Shown here one piece after another: positions 60,229 to 64,000 of a stretch of 64,000 nucleotides of DNA. The number at the start of each line of letters is the position of its first letter. Position 1 is the stretch's first letter. Below the pieces are notes generated by a model. It saw nothing but the letters and a program-made list of their open reading frames with translations, was not told where the DNA came from and made no database searches. A program made the position numbers and the translations under genes. Where the stretch lies: NCBI GenBank assembly GCA_019057385.1, contig JAHQJS010000007.1, forward strand, positions 64,001 through 128,000. The letters are read 5' to 3'. Source of the DNA: Candidatus Borrarchaeum weybense. Its GTDB lineage: Archaea; Asgardarchaeota; Sifarchaeia; Borrarchaeales; Borrarchaeaceae.

Positions 60229-60620
60229 TACCTCAAGGAGACCCCCCAACTTGTTGGGGGGAGGAATTGAGGTCGAGCGTTGCTCACACAACCCTTTCTG
60301 CGGAGACAGGGGTTGGTGTACCCAACCTCGGGTGGTGTTTTAATGACGGGTACTCGCAAGTCCCGCCGCTCCCAACACCAAGGGAGTAGGTTCTCTTCGC
60401 CAAAGTTATCAGTCAGTACTATACGATGATCACTGAGAGTTTCCTCTCTGTTTAAACCACCGTTTACAGAGCAAGGGACTAGAGAAGCATCCCTTGGTGT
60501 GTTCTTTAACTCTCCTGATAACGTAGATACCGCCATATATATGACCTCTCTTAGGCTAATCAACCAATTACTCTCGCTCCTCACGGAACAAGCCCCCTTA
60601 CTTGGTAGGGGGTGATTGAC
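60229..60620 (-). mobile_element. Non-autonomous IS200/IS605 element carrying an IscB-type omegaRNA, no iscB ORF
   Basis: Left-end hairpin CAAGGAGACCCCCCAACTTGTTGGGGGGAGGAATTG is nearly identical to the tnpB element left end; right hairpin AAGCCCCCTTACTTGGTAGGGGG..TTGAC; preceded by TTAT. Confidence 0.85.
60340..60620 (-). ncRNA. HEARO-like / IscB omegaRNA scaffold
   Basis: Minus strand reads GTCAATCACCCC..GGGGCTTG..TTGATTAGCCTAAG..CTACGTT..GGGATGCTTCTCTAGTCCC..GCTCT..TGGCGAAGAG, the motif order I recall for HEARO RNAs; 3' limit approximate. Confidence 0.75.
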
Positions 60621-60623
60621 TGA

Positions 60624-63029
60624 TCAGTGGTATTCAGGTTGGTATGATATAGGGTGTATTGGCAATCCACTAATTTGCGAAGCTTCTAGCGTTACAGGTG
60701 AAAGATATGATTTTGCAAAGCCTCTAACTTCAGCCAAAGTGTATTTTCTGGTAGTTGAGAGTAATTGTCTGCCCTCAGTATCCAAAGCGTGGATATAATT
60801 TACAATGCCGTCTGCTCCTTTGTATCGAGCAACTCCACAGAATGAACTTGCCATTGCAATACCATCTGCACCTAGGATTATTGCCTTTACGAGATGATCT
60901 GATCTTACAAGTCCTCCTGCGATAACAAATGATGATTTATATTGTCGTTCACGGCAAAGATCTAAAAGTATTTTATAACCACCTACAAGACATTGGAGCG
61001 TTGAAAGACCAACTTCATTCATAACCAAACGCGGAGACATTCCAGTTCCGCCTTCTGAGCCGTCAATGGTTACGCATGCTACCTTCATTTCACTACACAC
61101 TTTAAAAGTGGCTGCGAGATCTGTATAGTCATAGGCACCAGTCTTAAAGAATACCCGTTTGTATCCAAGATCATCATAGAGTTCTTTAAATTTGTCTCTG
61201 AGTTCATCCATATGTAAAGCGATAATACCAGGGGCTGAGTGCCTTTCGTAGCCTTCTGGCCCGGCTGGAGCAATATCTGGATCAGGAAATAGAATATAGC
61301 CCTTTCCTTTAAGCATGCGGGCTTTGTTTCTATCAAAAATTCTGACTTCGCCTCCCATACCGGGTTTTGCTCCTTGACCTCCTTTTAATTCAAATCCCAA
61401 TGCATCATTGACGAATTTTGAGCCGTATTGTTCGCGTGCATGATCAATTACAATTGCTGGTACACCTGCGATCCAGTCTTCAATGTTTGCCTGAACTACC
61501 AGCCCTCCATGTTTAGAGTCCCAATGTTGTCCAAATTCATCAATTTCCTCGATTAATCTTGCTTTTCCGTGCATATTAAGCACATTTTCACCAATTGTCC
61601 TGATTATTCCACCGCGGGCTGCACCTTCTGAAAGTTCAGCTGAAACCCTGTCTGCGACCTTAGTAGAGCCTACTGCTGCAATTATTACTGGAATTTTACA
61701 TTTAATTCCACCAAGAATTTCAAAGAGACTTGCATCTTGGTATATAGGTTCCCTACCAAGTTCTAACTTTTTCTTATAGCCTCCCCTCCATCTAGGCTTG
61801 ATTTGGAAGTCATCGATTGACGGCAATCGCTTTACCGAGCCGAAAGTCGCCCTGCCAAACTTCACCCTGGGATCAATATCCCCACAATAGTCAGCAGCAC
61901 CGGTATCAGCATAATATCCGATAATACATTCACCACAACCAGAGCATACCTCACACATTCCACTCGATCGTTTGGTCCTTGTATCTCCTTGATTTAATGG
62001 CATTGAAGGAAACATAGCGTAATAATCAAGCATAGAAAGTAGCGGTTCTCTTGAAAGTCTTTTCTTATCAGATAACGTCTTAATTTGCTTTATATTTGCT
62101 GATTCCTCAATTATTTCATCTAATACATTAAAAAGACGCTCTCCAGTAGAGTTTCTGATAATGACAGTACTATAAAGTGATTTACTCCCGACCGAACCTA
62201 CCGACACGTCCGCCAGCGATGCTGTGAAATCCTGGCATATTTTACAATAATTATTGATGGCTAAGTTCAACGATAAATCCTCTAAGTCCATCTCAGAGGT
62301 TGAACCGTCATTCTTTCTGTATTCTAATTTCCCTTTCTTGATTTGCATAGCCTGTATTTCTGAAGGCAAGCCAAGGACTCCTGGATTACCGAAAATTCGA
62401 TTATAGAGAAAAGATTCCATACAGAAAAGACCCACAACACCATGAAGGCTTTTCGAATTGAAAATCTCACCATTTTGGAGTTGTAGTTTGCGAACGGCTC
62501 TTAAATGACACGGTAGACCGACAAAAAGGACCTTATCATAAAGTTTGGTGGCTTCAATTAAGCTCGGGATTGGTGTACTTGTCGTATATTTAGAGCCAGC
62601 AAAATCTACTACAGTGTTATCTTCTGTTACTATTTCTGTAATTGGGTGCCAGAAAGAATCTCTTTTTGTTAATACTGCAGCATCTATAACTCCTTTTGAA
62701 AGAAGCTCTTCGACTAATTTGGTTATAATACCGCCATCTTGAGCAAACTCGGGGCGCTTGTTCAATCTAACCGATCGGATTTTCATTATTGGCCCAATTT
62801 CTGTTTGATCTGCTTTTTGAAAAAGACTTCCTATATTCTCGTATCCTATATTAATCTGAGGACACATTGTGAAACAATGACCACATCCTGTACAATCATC
62901 TAAGTCTTCTACATACGGAACTCCGCTATCTATCTGAACTATACTACAAACTGCAGCACATGTGCCACATTGAGTGCAGAATCCACGGTCAATTACCAAA
63001 TTTTTCAGATCTTCGAAATAAAAAGTCAT
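60624..63029 (-). CDS. Fusion: 2x[4Fe-4S] + FrhB (F420-binding) module + FMN-binding glutamate synthase family domain
   Basis: CTQCGTC/CTGCGHC; AQDGG, AGSKY, VGLPC, GLFCMESF, C..C.DF...ADVSVGSVGS; ELKGGQGAKPGMGGE, DGSEGGTGMSP. Confidence 0.88.
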   Translation of the reverse strand: MTFYFEDLKNLVIDRGFCTQCGTCAAVCSIVQIDSGVPYVEDLDDCTGCGHCFTMCPQINIGYENIGSLFQKADQTEIGPIMKIRSVRLNKRPEFAQDGGIITKLVEELLSKGVIDAAVLTKRDSFWHPITEIVTEDNTVVDFAGSKYTTSTPIPSLIEATKLYDKVLFVGLPCHLRAVRKLQLQNGEIFNSKSLHGVVGLFCMESFLYNRIFGNPGVLGLPSEIQAMQIKKGKLEYRKNDGSTSEMDLEDLSLNLAINNYCKICQDFTASLADVSVGSVGSKSLYSTVIIRNSTGERLFNVLDEIIEESANIKQIKTLSDKKRLSREPLLSMLDYYAMFPSMPLNQGDTRTKRSSGMCEVCSGCGECIIGYYADTGAADYCGDIDPRVKFGRATFGSVKRLPSIDDFQIKPRWRGGYKKKLELGREPIYQDASLFEILGGIKCKIPVIIAAVGSTKVADRVSAELSEGAARGGIIRTIGENVLNMHGKARLIEEIDEFGQHWDSKHGGLVVQANIEDWIAGVPAIVIDHAREQYGSKFVNDALGFELKGGQGAKPGMGGEVRIFDRNKARMLKGKGYILFPDPDIAPAGPEGYERHSAPGIIALHMDELRDKFKELYDDLGYKRVFFKTGAYDYTDLAATFKVCSEMKVACVTIDGSEGGTGMSPRLVMNEVGLSTLQCLVGGYKILLDLCRERQYKSSFVIAGGLVRSDHLVKAIILGADGIAMASSFCGVARYKGADGIVNYIHALDTEGRQLLSTTRKYTLAEVRGFAKSYLSPVTLEASQISGLPIHPISYQPEYH

Positions 63030-63322
63030 GAAGATTTCTCCCCTTTCCCTATTATCATAATGATTACGGGTGTACTGTTGTACAGTATTTACATTTGTAA
63101 AAAAAGTATAAAAATCTTTTTAGTCGATTTCGCACTTCAAACATTGAAGAAAAAAAAGAAAAGTACTGAATCTTGCCTTTAAACTAAGAAATTTTACTTA
63201 AGGTAATTTTTTTCAACCAAAAAATTCTTATGGTGTATATAATTCGCTTTTCTTACAGCAACAAACTGTGCATTCAAATCGTTTTGCAAAGATTTTAAAA
63301 AAAAAGAAAAGGTGATTATATC

Positions 63323-64000
63323 TTAGGGAAAGAGCCCTCTCGTCTTAATTGCATCAGCAACACGATCTATTGCAAAAACTTGTGAAGCAGTTCTCATACT
63401 AATCTCTTTTTCTTTAGAAACTTTTAAGGCATCTCTAAATCCTTGTTGCATAATTTTTTCCAGGCGTGTCAACACTTCCTCTTCAGTCCATAGCCAACCA
63501 GTCAGACTCTGACTCCACTCGAAGTAACTGACGGTGACGCCTCCAGCATTGGCTAGAATATCCGGAACTAGAAAAACATCGCGATCATATAATATTTTAT
63601 CTGCTTCTGAACTGGTAGGACCGTTTGCTATTTCTATGACGATTTTTGCATTTATATTTGTAGCATTTTCCTTTGTTATTACATTTTCAAGGGCTGCTGG
63701 CATTAATACATCGCATTCAAGTTCTAAGAGTTCAGAATTGGAAATTGTTTCGCATCCCTCACAATCGACAACCGATCCAGTTTTCTGTTTGTGTTCCATA
63801 ACTTTGTTTGGATTAAAGCCTTCTTTGTTATATACCGCTCCCTTAGAGTCGGAGACAGCAATGACTTTACTACCTATCTCATGCAAAAAAAATGCTGCTA
63901 CTGATCCTGCATTTCCGAATCCTTGGATTGCACATGTTACATTACTTGGAGACATATTAAAATGCTTCAGCGCTTCAAATAAAACGAATGTTGCGCCACG
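63323..64000 (-). CDS. gdhA: Glutamate dehydrogenase, C-terminal part (5' end outside window)
   Basis: IQGFGNAG, PAALEN, EIANGP, PDILANAGGVTVSYFEW; frame is open to the window edge. Confidence 0.93.
   Translation of the reverse strand, partial: RGATFVLFEALKHFNMSPSNVTCAIQGFGNAGSVAAFFLHEIGSKVIAVSDSKGAVYNKEGFNPNKVMEHKQKTGSVVDCEGCETISNSELLELECDVLMPAALENVITKENATNINAKIVIEIANGPTSSEADKILYDRDVFLVPDILANAGGVTVSYFEWSQSLTGWLWTEEEVLTRLEKIMQQGFRDALKVSKEKEISMRTASQVFAIDRVADAIKTRGLFP

Noticed and set aside
60189-60584. ORFs 60189-60389 (+) and 60228-60584 (-)
   Set aside because: They lie inside the structured omegaRNA element and show no IscB (PLMP/RuvC/HNH) or TnpA (HUH) motifs
1-64000. CRISPR array, tRNA, rRNA
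   Set aside because: No regularly spaced repeats or recognisable tRNA/rRNA motifs seen by eye; tRNAscan-SE and Infernal would be needed to exclude intron-containing tRNAs

Overview
AT-rich archaeal chromosomal segment, most consistent with an Asgard archaeon (inferred from archaeal-type ProRS, rpS26e, a Rab-like GTPase with all five RabF motifs, and LRR, ankyrin and TPR proteins). It is gene-dense, with about 58 plausible CDS, and I saw no rRNA, tRNA or CRISPR array. Main points: (1) A family of IS200/IS605 elements sharing end hairpins: one intact tnpB element, two ORF-less TnpB-type omegaRNA elements, one ORF-less IscB-type omegaRNA (HEARO-like) element, a 44-bp deletion scar of the latter, and end remnants. 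(2) A single-chain ferredoxin + FrhB + FMN glutamate-synthase-family fusion next to glutamate dehydrogenase. (3) An ATP-citrate-lyase-like pair with an IDH-family gene and two-subunit aconitase genes, separated by an archaeosortase/PEF-CTERM surface-glycan block. (4) Trafficking-like proteins: a Rab-coiled-coil fusion, a membrane protein with a candidate adaptin-appendage-like cytoplasmic tail, and SNAP-like helical proteins. (5) An 8-PAS protein with no output domain. (6) CofD and NpdG homologues with degenerate catalytic motifs. All family calls come from motif recognition by eye; no database search was run.
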